DNA of 64,000 nt from Phoronis australis (lineage: Eukaryota > Animalia > Phoronida): NCBI GenBank assembly GCA_002633005.1, contig NMRA01000756.1:68251-132250 (forward strand), in the 5' to 3' direction. Below, piece after piece: positions 51,761 through 64,000 of the stretch. The notes beneath the pieces were generated by a model. The model did no database searches, was not told where the DNA came from, and was given only the letters and a program-made list of their open reading frames with translations. Every line of letters begins with the position of its first letter. Within the stretch, counting starts at the first letter, position 1. Both the position numbers and the translations under genes were made by a program.

Positions 51761-53142
51761 CTAGAAAACCAAAAAGCAACATAAAATTTTAAGACATCAG
51801 TGAGAATGATTAGTCTTCTTACACACCATATGTTGATCACATCATGCGACCTAAAGCTAAATTTGAAACGATCTCAGGCCCGGCCACGGCTTGAGCTCTA
51901 AGCAATGCAGTAGACCTAACAGGAGCCATTTTAACCAAACATTGAAGTGTATATAATTACGCTGCTATAACTCGGTGCATTGATATGATATAAGTAAGAA
52001 CTAATAACTATACTTCATGTCATGTGACTAACATATGGTGGATAAGAAGTCTAAATACTTTCCTTATACCATATCAGTGCACTGATTTACAACAGCACCA
52101 TATTAGAACACAAGACTGGTTTTCATTTCTAAAGTAACAGAAACCATTAAAACCAAATGGACCAAGAAACTTCTTAGGGCTGTTCCAGCAAAATCTGTGT
52201 GCGAGGGGGGGAAGGCAACCGAAATAAAAATTTATGGATGGTTGCGTTTGATTTAAATTCAAAATGGCTGGTGGTCGTACTTCAAAAAAATAAAAAATTA
52301 CAGGTCGTTGTTGTTTCATTGGGCCATAAATGTTTGATGGTGGGTAATTTTAGTAAATTTTATAAACAATCCGCACAGAATCAAAAACTGAAACAAAAAT
52401 GCAACTTGCAAAAAGCTCCGACTTTTTCACTCCCTCCGATNNNNNNNNNNNNNNNNNNNNNNNNNNNNNNNNNNNNNNNNNNNNNNNNNNNNNNNNNNNN
52501 NNNNNNNNNNNNNNNNNNNNNNNNNNNNNNNNNNNNNNNNNNNNNNNNNNNNNNNNNNNNNNNNNNNNNNNNNNNNNNNNNNNNNNNNNNNNNNNNNNNN
52601 NNNNNNNNNNNNNNNNNNNNNNNNNNNNNNNNNNNNNNNNNNNNNNNNNNNNNNNNNNNNNNNNNNNNNNNNNNNNNNNNNNNNNNNNNNNNNNNNNNNN
52701 NNNNNNNNNNNNNNNNNNNNNNNNNNNNNNNNNNNNNNNNNNNNNNNNNNNNNNNNNNNNNNNNNNNNNNNNNNNNNNNNNNNNNNNNNNNNNNNNNNNN
52801 NNNNNNNNNNNNNNNNNNNNNNNNNNNNNNNNNNNNNNNNNNNNNNNNNNNNNNNNNNNNNNNNNNNNNNNNNNNNNNNNNNNNNNNNNNNNNNNNNNNN
52901 NNNNNNNNNNNNNNNNNNNNNNNNNNNNNNNNNNNNNNNNNNNNNNNNNNNNNNNNNNNNNNNNNNNNNNNAAATACATAAATCTTATCACTAACTACAT
53001 AAAATACACAATAAGCTGAACAACTTACAAATTTCAAATTAATTCACTTCACATGTCAGCTACTTTGACTATGCACAATTCAAGCTGAATTTCACCCTGT
53101 TTAGCTGGGTAAAAACAAAAATCTAATTAAGCCTTACCTTAA

Positions 53143-54822
53143 AGGAGCATGCCACCCAAAAAACAACCTAATTTGTATCAATTTAGATCGAGTAGTTCTA
53201 CTCCATAATGACACGTACGGTTGCGTTACCTGACACCTGACAGCAGACGGAGGTTTTGAAATTATCCAATGACGTCTTTGGTTTCACACGCAGTCGGTTC
53301 AGCAGTTCACAACACGGGTTACTGGTGTCAGCTTATCGCTTGAAGTCATCATTTAACACCAATAAATCATCAAACTTCGATGTAAAACCCTTAAAAATAC
53401 ACCGAGTTCTTATAAAAAGGGTTGTTTTATTTCGCTCTTACGGATTTATTGGTATTTGGACACACCGTAGCCTACAAAGTTCGGCAGGCCAATAAGGTCC
53501 GTAGCAGGAGTTTGGGGTCTGTTCGGAGATAATTTCGAAGTATTTTCCGTGAGATACAGACAGGAGAATCTAGATCTGTGTTGTTTTGACTTGTGATATT
53601 TTGAGTTCTAAACACAAAACGTTTGTTATCCTGGCCAGTGGCTCGGAGCCCGATCAGGCTCGTCGCGACCGGCCGGATTGACTCGTTATCCCGGCCAAAG
53701 GCTCGGAAACTGATCAGACATCACGAACATAAACCAGCCAACGTTCAGTGGAAACTAAACTTCCAGTCAAGAAAATACTATGCTAGTGAGCCAAAGTAAT
53801 GTGCACGTAATTATGTTGGTGAATTAGCCACGAAACTGCAAATCTACTTACTCATCGGGGGCCGCGAATTCAGGTTCCGCTTTGGCCACAGCAGCGCCAG
53901 GGCAGAAATTGTACATTTATTTGACAATCATTCTTTGAGTAATCTAAATGTAATTAAAGATTCCCCTAACACCTGGCCGGGGGATAGAAATCGAGTTGTA
54001 TCACAACAGTTTCTGCCGGCAAACACTAAATTAGCATGAGCTCACACGGCCTCGGTGTCCTGTCAATTAGTTTTATTGCACCTAAAGCCAGTAACGCAGT
54101 GATTTATTCATTGCTGGCTTCTAAAATCATTTGCACTCACGAACACTCCAAAGGCATTACAAATTGCATCTAATGAGTCAGGCTTTGTTTCAGTTTTATA
54201 AAAGTATTGGTTAAAATGAGAATAATTCATTTTGAAACAGAACGCTCAGTAATAACACCAACATGGCAACTGGCAATCCCGACTTAGGACGAGCTAGAGC
54301 TCATCAGTCCTGACTTTGCAGGTGGATCGTTAAGTTTTTCAGGCAATCAATACGAACAGGAATACAGTGATGAAGAAATACTAGAGGCGCCGTGAACAAG
54401 CTCAGACAACGGAACGTATGGAGCTATTTGGTAAGCTGGCATTCGTCAGGCACTGTCGACATCTGCAGGCCACAGACACGGAGATGTTTCACGGCCTCTT
54501 ACTTGCTATTTACAGCATACATTTCATTTTTCACTACCATGAGCCACTTCCTAAGCATTTCGGACTCTCCAGGAACTAAAAAAAAAAACGATATACCCGC
54601 TTTCCTCGCAGCTGCTTAGTTCGGACAAGCGGGAACGATGCACCACAACAGCGGCATTCACTCTGCATATGAACCACTGACGTCGCTAGTGTCGTTTCTC
54701 ACCTTCCTCACAGGTTAACGCGACACCTCTTGGCATGGTAAGGTCGACTGTATGCGAGGCGATGTGGATATAGACCAATTAAGACAGCAAAAAAGACTAA
54801 TTAAATCGGGTGGCATTCTCCT
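53143..54822. mobile_element. Non-autonomous Kolobok-like DNA transposon in a MED4 intron
   Basis: TIRs aggagcatgccaccc / gggtggcattctcct (14/15), TTAA on both sides (53139-53142, 54823-54826), purine-purine start. Confidence 0.8.
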
Positions 54823-55149
54823 TTAATAGAACTTACTGTGATTAGATTCTATTTCCGATACCACGACCAAAACCACCAACAAATCTAGAAAACGGTTCAG
54901 AGTTTATTTGGGTTGGCCAACCCTAAAATTGTGAATTTGAAAATGGCAAGTAGATGGGATTCTATTTCTGTTACTACCTCACAAGCAATGAGCATAAACA
55001 TTTCCAGTGTTAGCTAACGCCAATATACTGTTGATATCCATGTTCTTATCGAGTATTGTAACTCTGTAAGAAATATTATGAGACTGATTTCATGAAACTA
55101 AAAGATCCAATTCATTTTTAAGGTGGCTAAAGAGGCTGAAATGCAGCTT

Positions 55150-55437
55150 TAACAAATATGCTCCCTGTCTATTGAACAACTAACATTCTCCCTGTCTATC
55201 GAATGGCAAACATGCTCCCTGTCTATCGAATGACAAACATGCTCCCTGTCTATTGAATAACAAACATGCTCCCTGTCTATTGAATAACAAACATGCTCCC
55301 TTTCTATTGAAAAACAAATATGCTCCCTGATTATTGAATAACAAATATGCTCCCGTCTATTAATATGCTCCCTGTCTATTGAATAACAAATATGCTCCCT
55401 ACCTATTGAATAACAAATGTGCTCCCTGTCTATTGAA
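55150..55437. repeat. 27-bp minisatellite, about 11 copies
   Basis: Unit acaaacatgctccctgtctattgaata with variants. Confidence 0.95.
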
Positions 55438-55487
55438 TCCAAACCAGGAGCCCTAATGGTAGTAGGGAGAGTAAGTAAAATAAGTAC

Positions 55488-55618
55488 CTAGCTGAAGCGC
55501 CTCCTGTATTTCCTTGTCTTTCTGTACCAGTAGATCTAACAGCTCCGATGTGTCAGCAGGTCGTTGATCCTGTTCACTTTTCTGTTTCGTCGTCGTTCCC
55601 ATGATTTCAAACAATTCT
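55488..55618 (-). CDS. MED4: MED4 early coding exon (probably exon 2)
   Basis: cctgtag|A GAA...CTAG|gtactt, 131 bp, phase 2 to 1; ELFEIMGTTTKQK...LLDLLVQKDKEIQEALQL aligns with the MED4 N-terminal helix. Confidence 0.88.
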
Positions 55619-56238
55619 CTACAGGAGTTGAAAACAGCTTCAGTGTACACAGCATTGTGACTTTGATGCCTGGGTACATTGCCATTTAAATGTTGACAGG
55701 AAGAACAATTATACAGTCAGTCTGGAGTCTGGTTGGGGTCAAGTGAAAATTCCAGAGAATGACAGTAAAGCCATATATACTGCACTGTCCTTACTAGTAC
55801 TGGGCAATTACTTGCCTTTGGATGACGTAGGAATACTGGCGATGGTCCTGCAATAGCTGCTCAACTGATTTACTTTTAGATTCATTTGATAAACATTAAC
55901 TTAACAATATGTATCAATACGGTCAATTGTGAATAACTGTTTGGAAATAAATACAATGACAAAACTTTCATTTTTCTCCTAAGTATGCAAATTACAGATG
56001 ACTTAACCAAAAGTTGTGACCATTAGAAAGCATGACTGTGCCTGTGAAGGGAAGAAATTTTCAACAAATAGGCCATTAAACTGCAATGGTAATAGGATTT
56101 AATTTAATTTAATGGCAATAGCAAAGGAAATGCCATAGACGTGCTTCCGGTCATTCGTAGAAGCCTCTGTCAGCCACTGGATAATGGCCAATTGCCTATT
56201 GGTAGAATGGTTAACATGCCTGATCTTATTTCCGTTAG

Positions 56239-56828
56239 ACAGTGACCACCGTCTCTAGCTGACTCAGTAGCGACGGTCTAGCTCCTATAGGCACTTCATA
56301 TGCCGGAAGCTTTTCAGCGAATTATGCCTCATACCAACTAAAACATGAAAGACACATTGTAATGAATACATTTTGCGCATAGAGGGACACCTTAGGAAAT
56401 CGTCGATGTCTTTAATTCCTTCCAACTCGAACTAATACTCCCATTATCAAACTTTTGCTTCCAGCACTCCCTCGTTTGGTTCCAAAAATTGGTAACTGGC
56501 CATCTTTACACTGCGCACGCCAGGGGATATGACATCATATCACCTGCCACGCACAGTGTTAAATATGGCCATTTACTGATTTTGGGAACTGAACGAGAGA
56601 TTGCTCGAAGAAAAAGTTTGATAACGGGAGTATTTGTTTGAGTTGAAAGGAATAAATGATGTCGACAGCCTCCTATGGTGTCCCTTGATGTGCATAAGGT
56701 ATTTATAACAACGTGACTTTAATGTTTTAGTCAGTGTGAGACATATTCACTGAAAACCTTTTGGCGAATGAAGCGTCTATAGGAGCTAGACCATCTCTAC
56801 TGAGCCAGTTAGAGATGGTGGTCACTGT
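56239..56828. repeat. 590-bp foldback palindrome
   Basis: Arms pair from acagtgaccacc/ggtggtcactgt inward to gatatg-acat-catatc (4-nt loop at 56532-56535). Confidence 0.92.
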
Positions 56829-57825
56829 TTAGCTTTCGGTAACAGTCGGATACACGGGTCCCTGATTAGGAGGAACCAGTTATTCAGTGGTAGTAACTAT
56901 TTCTCAAATCAATTGTAAATCAGTGACCCACCTACACATAATAATTATCCGACCGACCCTTAATATCTGACATTACATAAAATCTTACTTGAACCATAAT
57001 CTGAGAAATAAATGACACCAATTTTTGTTCCGCTGTAATGCATTCAGTGTCTGGCACTGTCTCGTTTTTTATATCGTTGCCTCATTTTGATTTCATCGAG
57101 AGAGGGTGCAATTTAGACCAGTCTGAAGTCAGCTTAAAATGGACAATTGCATAAATTGGTTAAAAAAGTTGAAAACAAAATCTTTATCCACAATAAAATC
57201 ATCTCAATGAACTGACAGTACGTCACTGTTTCATTTTTTCATTTGTTTTTAAACTCAAGTTGAACCCTGGCTGCGCACTTGCGTGTGTCATATCAAGAAG
57301 GCAAAGAGACACTAAAAACTGAAGTAAGGTTGCACGTGTTTTAGTCATCTGCACTGATTCATCGAAACAACTTGGTGCTGGCACCAGATTACATTTTATA
57401 GATATAATTTTGTTGCGAACGGAGCTGTGTTCTAGAAGCAATTATATCAAAACACTCGAGCAGCAATTTGATGACAAGGTGCCTGCGGCCATTACTTGGT
57501 TCGTCAGTTTTCTGCGGTGTGGCATATGCAGAAGGAGTCCAATATCTAGGTTCTCTGAAGGTTTGCTAGTTGTGTTTTTAAAACATCAGTCAGAGCATAA
57601 ATGTGGCTTTCGGTGACAAGATATAGTAACATAACCATTCCGTAAAGCCTAAAGGTAAGTCTTTATTTCAGTAAAGAATTTACAACAATACGTAGCATTT
57701 CCAAAACTGTAATGCAAAATGTGTTAAAACATCCGATGTTTAGGTGGCTTGACTTTTTCCGACTATTACCGGTATTACTGGGCTTTCATGTATATCACTA
57801 TTATGTGTACAACAATACTGGTTCT

Positions 57826-58558
57826 CAGCTCAGGCGTCCTCAACTTCTGATCGTCCCCAATACAGTCACTATATATATATATGCTATAAGGCATGACATT
57901 CCCAACCAGAAATTCCACGGGAGCTTCACTTCAGCCGTCCATATCAAGCACAAAACTCAATAAATTTACACAAAACAAGGTTTCAACAAACCATTAGCAA
58001 TAATTGTTCTTTCTTCCAATACTATTCACGATGTCCTTCTCCAGCGAGATCGCAACAAATTCGAGGTCAAAGCACATAAATGTTCCCAAAATGCCCACGC
58101 ATCGAGCCTCCTTGCACGGTTCGAGGTCAAGAACGGTACGGCAATTGCCGATTTGTCACGGAGTGTCACGACGTCAATAACTCCAAAAAAGCCAGATCAT
58201 TCATAACATTCCATGATGAACCAGCAATTGCCGTACATTTATAACTCATCGGATAATTCTGTACCATTCTTGACCTTGAACCATCCATGGAGGCTCGATG
58301 CGTGGGCTTTTTGGGAACATTTTTGTGCTTTGACAGCAAATTTGTTGCGATCTCGCTGGAGCAGGCCACCATGAATGGTATTGCCTTGGTTGCTATTGGT
58401 TTGTTGAAACCTTGTTTTGTGTAATTTTTTTGAGTTTTGTGTTTGATATGGACGGCTGAAGTGAAGCACCTGTGGAATGTCTGGTCAGTAGTGTCATACC
58501 TTGTAGTATACACAATAGTGTATTGGGGACGATCAGAAGCTGAGGATGCCTGTGGCTG
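57826..58558. repeat. Long inverted repeat, about 320-bp arms
   Basis: cttctgatcgtccccaatac / gtattggggacgatcagaag, cttcacttcagccgtccatatcaa / ttgatatggacggctgaagtgaag and further matching blocks. Confidence 0.9.
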
Positions 58559-60259
58559 TGCTATGGTTCTCAGTATATTTACACCAAACAATTATTGAGA
58601 GTCCCTGACGATAATTATTCGTTAGCAGGGCTCGACATAACGAGCTGCAGGTCGCATTTGCGACCTCAAATTTGGAAATGCGAGCTGAGATTTTTGTCAG
58701 CTCGTATAAAGTCGCAAAATGCGACCTGGAATTTCCAACGAATGCGAGCTGAGTTTTTACACTTCTCAACAGATACCTGGCAAATACAAAGCAGCTCTTG
58801 TTAATCTGACCGTTATTTGGTTGTTGCCACATACAAGTTCAAAAGAACACTAACCGAGAACAGGCCTCCCGATGACTTGTAAGCAAGTCGCGTGAACATG
58901 GGATATGAAGAATCGATCTTTGACGCGTTTCATTGGCTAACACTTTCGGCCACTTTTGTAAATTCCTGGATTCGCCGAAGTAAGTTTCGGGCCACTGCTT
59001 ACACGTGATAACACTTCACAAAACAACAGTGTTTCTATTAATTCTTAAGCGATCAACTTACCAAACTTTGTGGTGGACAAAAATGTTTATTTTTCACATA
59101 AGATGTCCTTATTACATGTACCAAACATCCACGACAATANNNNNNNNNNNNNNNNNNNNNNNNNNNNNNNNNNNNNNNNNNNNNNNNNNNNNNNNNNNNN
59201 NNNNNNNNNNNNNNNNNNNNNNNNNNNNNNNNNNNNNNNNNNNNNNNNNNNNNNNNNNNNNNNNNNNNNNNNNNNNNNNNNNNNNNNNNNNNNNNNNNNN
59301 NNNNNNNNNNNNNNNNNNNNNNNNNNTATTCAGATCATAACTTTGAAGTGGAATAATTCGGTGAGTACAACAGCAAGTCGGTTTTATGCTTAGGCGGACG
59401 ACCATTGGGTTCCCGGGTATATGTAGTGCCACACGATGGACGATAATCCAAACAGACAGGATGGTTTGAATACTGGTTCTAGTAGAGGCAGACGTTTAGG
59501 CTCGGCATTTCCTACACATGTGTATAACATAGAACAACATTTAAAATGTCTCACTTTGAAATGATTTCGACGTCATTTATCAGAGAAAGCAGAACACTTC
59601 TTGTTGAACAGGGCGCAGACATCTTTGTTTCCCTATTGTCCAATCAGGAAGATTGTAACAAAAGCTAAAGGAAGTTCTCGCAGTCGCCAAACCAAAATAT
59701 TGGTAGTGGAAGTGGAATATTGGTCTGCTAATTTAGCACTTTTCATATAAAAATGAACAACAAATTTGATGCGTAAGTATAAAAGGGAGTCACGAGACAA
59801 CGTGTGGTTTTCGTTTATCGGCTTTATGCTGTTACTTCTTTGAAAAACCGGCCCTCCGTAGGCGTACATGAGGTGGCGTGGAACATGAATATCGCAAAGC
59901 CAACGGTTGGGGTCTCCTCGCTGAGCTTCTGTGGTGTGATGTGTATGAAAGTAAGACTGTGCTTGAGACGTTGGGAGACTCAATATGAGTCTCAGAATGG
60001 GGTTATACGCTTGCATGTAAGTGTTATAGGCTCCTGTGATTGAATCAAGTGAGCGACGTTTGAATAATTCTGCTGAAGGAATCGGAATTACAGGGATAGT
60101 TCCTTTCTGTCCACGTTATTAAAGTGATGACTAAAATGTATTAACCCTCCTTCCATCGAAGAAGCAAACTTTTTAGTTACTCCACTTGCCACTATAAAGG
60201 CTTTAGATATAACTTGTTCCGTATAGGAGATTTCGGGCATGCAAAGAACTGTTTATTTC

Positions 60260-60500
60260 TACATTTTCATGCACAAGACCGTACACAACCTGGTTGCCAT
60301 TCCCCGCACATACTTTTCACCCCTGCATATTTCTAGATCACGTAATTCCAACTCTCATACCTTTGAGAGAACATACATTCACACTGCATTCTACACAAAC
60401 TCTTTCTTCCCATCTACTATTTTACTTTGGAATAGTCTCCCAGAACATGCCATCTCATCAGAAAGAACAGATGTTCCCGAGTCACATCTCTAACATCTGA
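60260..60500 (+). mobile_element. LINE (CR1-group) extreme 3' ORF2 fragment
   Basis: HKTVHNLVAIP...FYTNSFFPSTILLWNSLP motif. Confidence 0.7.
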
Positions 60501-62167
60501 CCTTACTCAGTAAAGGACGAAACTTAATTTATCCTGGTACTAACTCACACTTTTTTTTGTTATTATTTTCACAGTTATGCACAGTTCAGTTTATCACTAA
60601 CTTGCTCCAACATGTAAGGATTGGTATTTTGAGAAGAAGTTGTAATGTTTTTATTGAGACCATGACTGGCCTACTTGTAGAGCTTTATTGAGACCATGAC
60701 TGGCCAACTTGTAGAGCCTGGTCTCAAGCAGTAACCAATTGACAATTCATTCTCTAAGTCCAGAAATCATGTCTAAGTTGACTAAGGAACAATTGGAGGT
60801 CAATTTCGTAATCAATAAGTGCTTGGTTTAAATCTAAGATTGGCTTTTATGATGAAAGGCAAGTTTGTAGCTAGCCTTGGTGCAAAGCTTTATACTAAAT
60901 AACAGCTTTGTGCTGATGCAGATAAAAAACTGACCAGATAAAATCTGAGCAAAAAGAAGTGTCATGAGAAACTACAATGTCTCTTACTTGAGTAATCTAA
61001 ATTATTTATCAGTGCTAGAAAATTGGTGTTCTATCGTTATTCTGCTGCAAGTTGTGGAGCGATCTGCCTCGGCTTTCGGCGCCATGAAATATTGCGTCAC
61101 CTATTGGTCAGTTTCTTTTTTTGCTGATTCTTCAATCAACTGTTGTTCTTTCATTAGGTTGCGTACACGTCACAACAAATTATTGGAACTGGTTTCACTT
61201 CATTATAAGTTTTTAGAATTTTGATTCCAGCAAACTGAATTTCACAAATTTTCTGCTGCTGTAAAGCTTTCACCATCTCCCGAGAGATGTCCCAAAATTT
61301 TAGGAAATGGTGCATGAGCATTACACGAGCGTACTTTTCATTGTTACAAAAGGTGGAGAATTACACAAGAAAATGTCGTTTGTTGCATTTTCTTTCACTT
61401 AAACGGTTGTAACGGTCAAAGTGATTGTCAGTTGACTCAAAGATTTTGCATGCACCCGTCATGTTTTTAGCTCTACATGTTGATACAAGTTTCATTGTGA
61501 GGTGACGAGCAGAACTACCCTGGCTGTGTGCAATTTCGAGGTCTGTCGGCATTGAACACACAGTTATACCTGGCTGTATTTTGATAATAGTCTTAATACA
61601 GCTAGCTGGCTGGCTCATTTGTTGCCACTTTATACACTAATAGTGGAAAAACCAACTCATATGAACCAACGCAATGATTTCTAGTATTTCCCAGCAATTG
61701 TTTTCCTTCATACAAAGTGTGAAGTCTAAAACAATTCATCTCATCATGCCCAGCTGTTTAAAATTTAGATTAAACGTCTGTAGTCTCCCTCACCATCAGA
61801 CTCACTACAAGGTCTACTTGACAACAGTACTCAATGTATGTCTGAATCAAACAGACTTCAGGAAATCACTATTCTTCTGAAGACCCACACATGATTGGAA
61901 ATCCCTACTTGACAACATTACCTCCATCTAAAGTTTAGTTGAAGGCCAGAATCAACCCAAATTATATTACATACAGCTGGACTTGGTTTCATTCTCAACC
62001 TAAAGTATAATAAATAGAGAGTGACCTCATTACCAAAATTCAGCAAATTTTCCAAAGCCCAGATTTTTACAAAAAGAAAAAGACGCAAGACTTGGTCACT
62101 GGCAGAGAAATTGCAGTCAGTTCATACTGGTTCACATCATGATCCAAGAATTTCATTTAGACCAAAA

Positions 62168-62254
62168 TGCGTCCATCACTGTGTCCATCACTGCGTCCAT
62201 CACTGCGTCCATCACTGCGTCCATCACTGCGTCCATCACTGCGTCCATCACTGC
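62168..62254. repeat. 12-bp tandem repeat x7
   Basis: Unit gtccatcactgc. Confidence 0.95.
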
Positions 62255-62280
62255 GGAGGTGAAATAGAACCATGGGGTTA

Positions 62281-62438
62281 TGATTGTCTCCAGCCATCAG
62301 GTCCCTGTGTGCCATATTTTGATTTTCTCCAGCCATCAGGTCCCTGTGTGCCATATTTTGATTTTCTCCAGCCATCAGGTCCCTGTGTGCCATATTTTGA
62401 TTGTCTCCAGCCATCAGGTCCCTGTGTGCCATATTTTG
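62281..62438. repeat. 39-bp tandem repeat x4
   Basis: Unit tgattttctccagccatcaggtccctgtgtgccatattt. Confidence 0.95.
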
Positions 62439-64000
62439 TTGCTACCTTGTAAAATCTTGCTCTAATTCTTCAGACGAGTGTGCGCCACAAAACAAGAAAA
62501 GGTAAAATTATGAAGTATTCAGTGGAAGTGTAGTAAAGAGTCTGGGTAATGGAAAATTTTCCCTTTGAAGCACTAAATAAACTCCATGCCGTCATCCCCA
62601 TCCGTCCATCAGGCTGTCCGTTCGGCATCCATCTGGCATTCGTCCCGCGTCCGCTGCTCTATATCCAAAACCCTGTGACGTATGTTCATGAAATTTTGCA
62701 CATGTGTTCCTCTCATGGATGGGACAGATTTTAATAAAATTTGGCATCTATTTGTGAGATGACGCTATCCTCCCGTTTTCGGATGGAATCGAGGTATTTT
62801 GCGCCATCTTGTGGCCATTTTTGCTGTTTTCGAGTTTTGAAAATGTTCTCAGTGTGAAGAGGACTGTTGATGATGGTGATGACTTGGACTACTGTGGCGC
62901 CTCCTAGTGGTAGTTTTGTTTTGTTTTGCGCCCATAGCTATATCCTAAACCCACTGCAGGTTCTTTATTAAACTTAAGTAAATGTATTTATATGAAGCTA
63001 ACAACAGATGAGGACTTTCAGGTGGATAAAACAAACGCTGTGCCTCATAGTGGTTGTTTCTTCGAAGTTCCTTGACAGATTTTCATGAAATTTGGTAAAT
63101 AGATTTCTGTTAAAGAAGCAGTGGCATGTTCATTGTTTCGGATGGATTCGACGTTTCTGCGCCATCTAACGGTCATTTTATGATAGAAATAAACAACTCT
63201 AAAAACACATCGTTTGCGGTGCATTCGTGGGCGCATTTCAACGCTCCGCATTGCTCTTGTTTTTTATGTAATTAGGAATGCTGCATTAAAAAAACAAAAC
63301 AAGGGATTTCACCCTAAAACACGAACCAAAACCATGGTTTTAAATGATGGCATTGTATGGGATTTGGAGGTGAAGGCTGTTTCTTGTTTGCTATTTAAAA
63401 AAAAAAACAGTGCAGGTGGTCTGATGTCATTTGCAGTGCATTAGACGTGCGCAGGCCTCTTGGTTGGACCCAAAACACCTGAGCAAAGGCACGAGACCTT
63501 AATTATGGCTTCTCGTGTTTACTATTTGGTTTACCCAGAATTGATTTGTTGGTGTTTCAAGTAATATATATTCTGTGCAATTTATTCCAGTTTACAAAAT
63601 GATGACAGTGGAGAGGAAGAAAGTGTGTCTGGGAACAAAAAGAAAGAAAAAGAAATGGAAAAGAGGGTAAAACATAGAGTTGGACTTCTAAAGCACTGTA
63701 TTTTTTTGCATTTTTTATTTTTGTTGATTTTTTCAGTTACTTCAAAACCTTAATTTCAAAGGAAGTTTTGCATGTGACTAAAATTCCACTTTTTCACCTT
63801 TTTCTTGAACATTCAAGACAGCAATAGAGTTTGATGTAACAAGTAGCTGGTGACACTTGTCACCTGAAATAATTGTACATCAAACAAAACTTAAGGTAGG
63901 TGTATACACTGATCAAATCTCCAGGTTCCTAACTAAAATTAGTAAAAAGGGAGTTTGACTAGTTAGACATGACTCTGAAAGTGACAAAAATCGAAAAAAA

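Noticed and set aside
55149-55442. SIDREHVCY-repeat ORF
   Set aside because: Translation of an intronic 27-bp minisatellite; no ATG or splice support.
55811-55890. Candidate MED4 exon 1
   Set aside because: Donor-like sites exist, but no frame resembles the MED4 N-terminus (LL..DD.E).
58604-58633. CTGACGA as a hammerhead core
   Set aside because: No following stem II-GAAA box; it is part of a simple DNA hairpin.
62021-62465. His/Cys-rich (CVHH)n ORF suggestive of a metal-binding protein
   Set aside because: Arises from 12-bp and 39-bp tandem repeats; GTG start; equally open on the other strand.
62790-62812. caagATGGCG start-like motif on the minus strand as the MED4 start
   Set aside because: Part of a repeat-like block (similar motif near 63160); translation is not MED4-like.

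Overview
Repeat-rich animal genomic DNA, most likely a marine invertebrate draft scaffold (spliceosomal introns, several N gaps). Two convergent host genes could be reconstructed with phase-consistent GT-AG junctions. One is a 4-exon TMEM272-like membrane protein on + (33927-42033, 483 aa, long S/P-rich N-terminus). The other is Mediator subunit MED4 on - (four exons visible, 55618 to 46920; the first exon and one middle exon were not found, and the middle one probably lies in the 52441-52971 gap). There is also a fibrinogen-related domain (FReD) sequence broken by a TGA at a conserved Trp. The rest is mobile DNA: a near full-length decayed Gypsy (Mag-like) LTR element with 113-bp LTRs plus an inverted second 3' end, a second unrelated Gypsy, BEL/Pao, L1/Tx1, other LINE and Penelope fragments, a TTAA-flanked Kolobok-like element, MITEs, tRNA-derived SINE heads, long foldback palindromes and minisatellites. 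I see no clear new multi-gene system. The best leads are a Penelope-derived hammerhead-ribozyme core on the sense strand of a MED4 intron, a symmetric 590-bp foldback, a triplicated splice donor in the TMEM272-like gene, and a Gypsy locus whose target-site flanks suggest it is chimeric or rearranged. All alignments and counts were done by eye.
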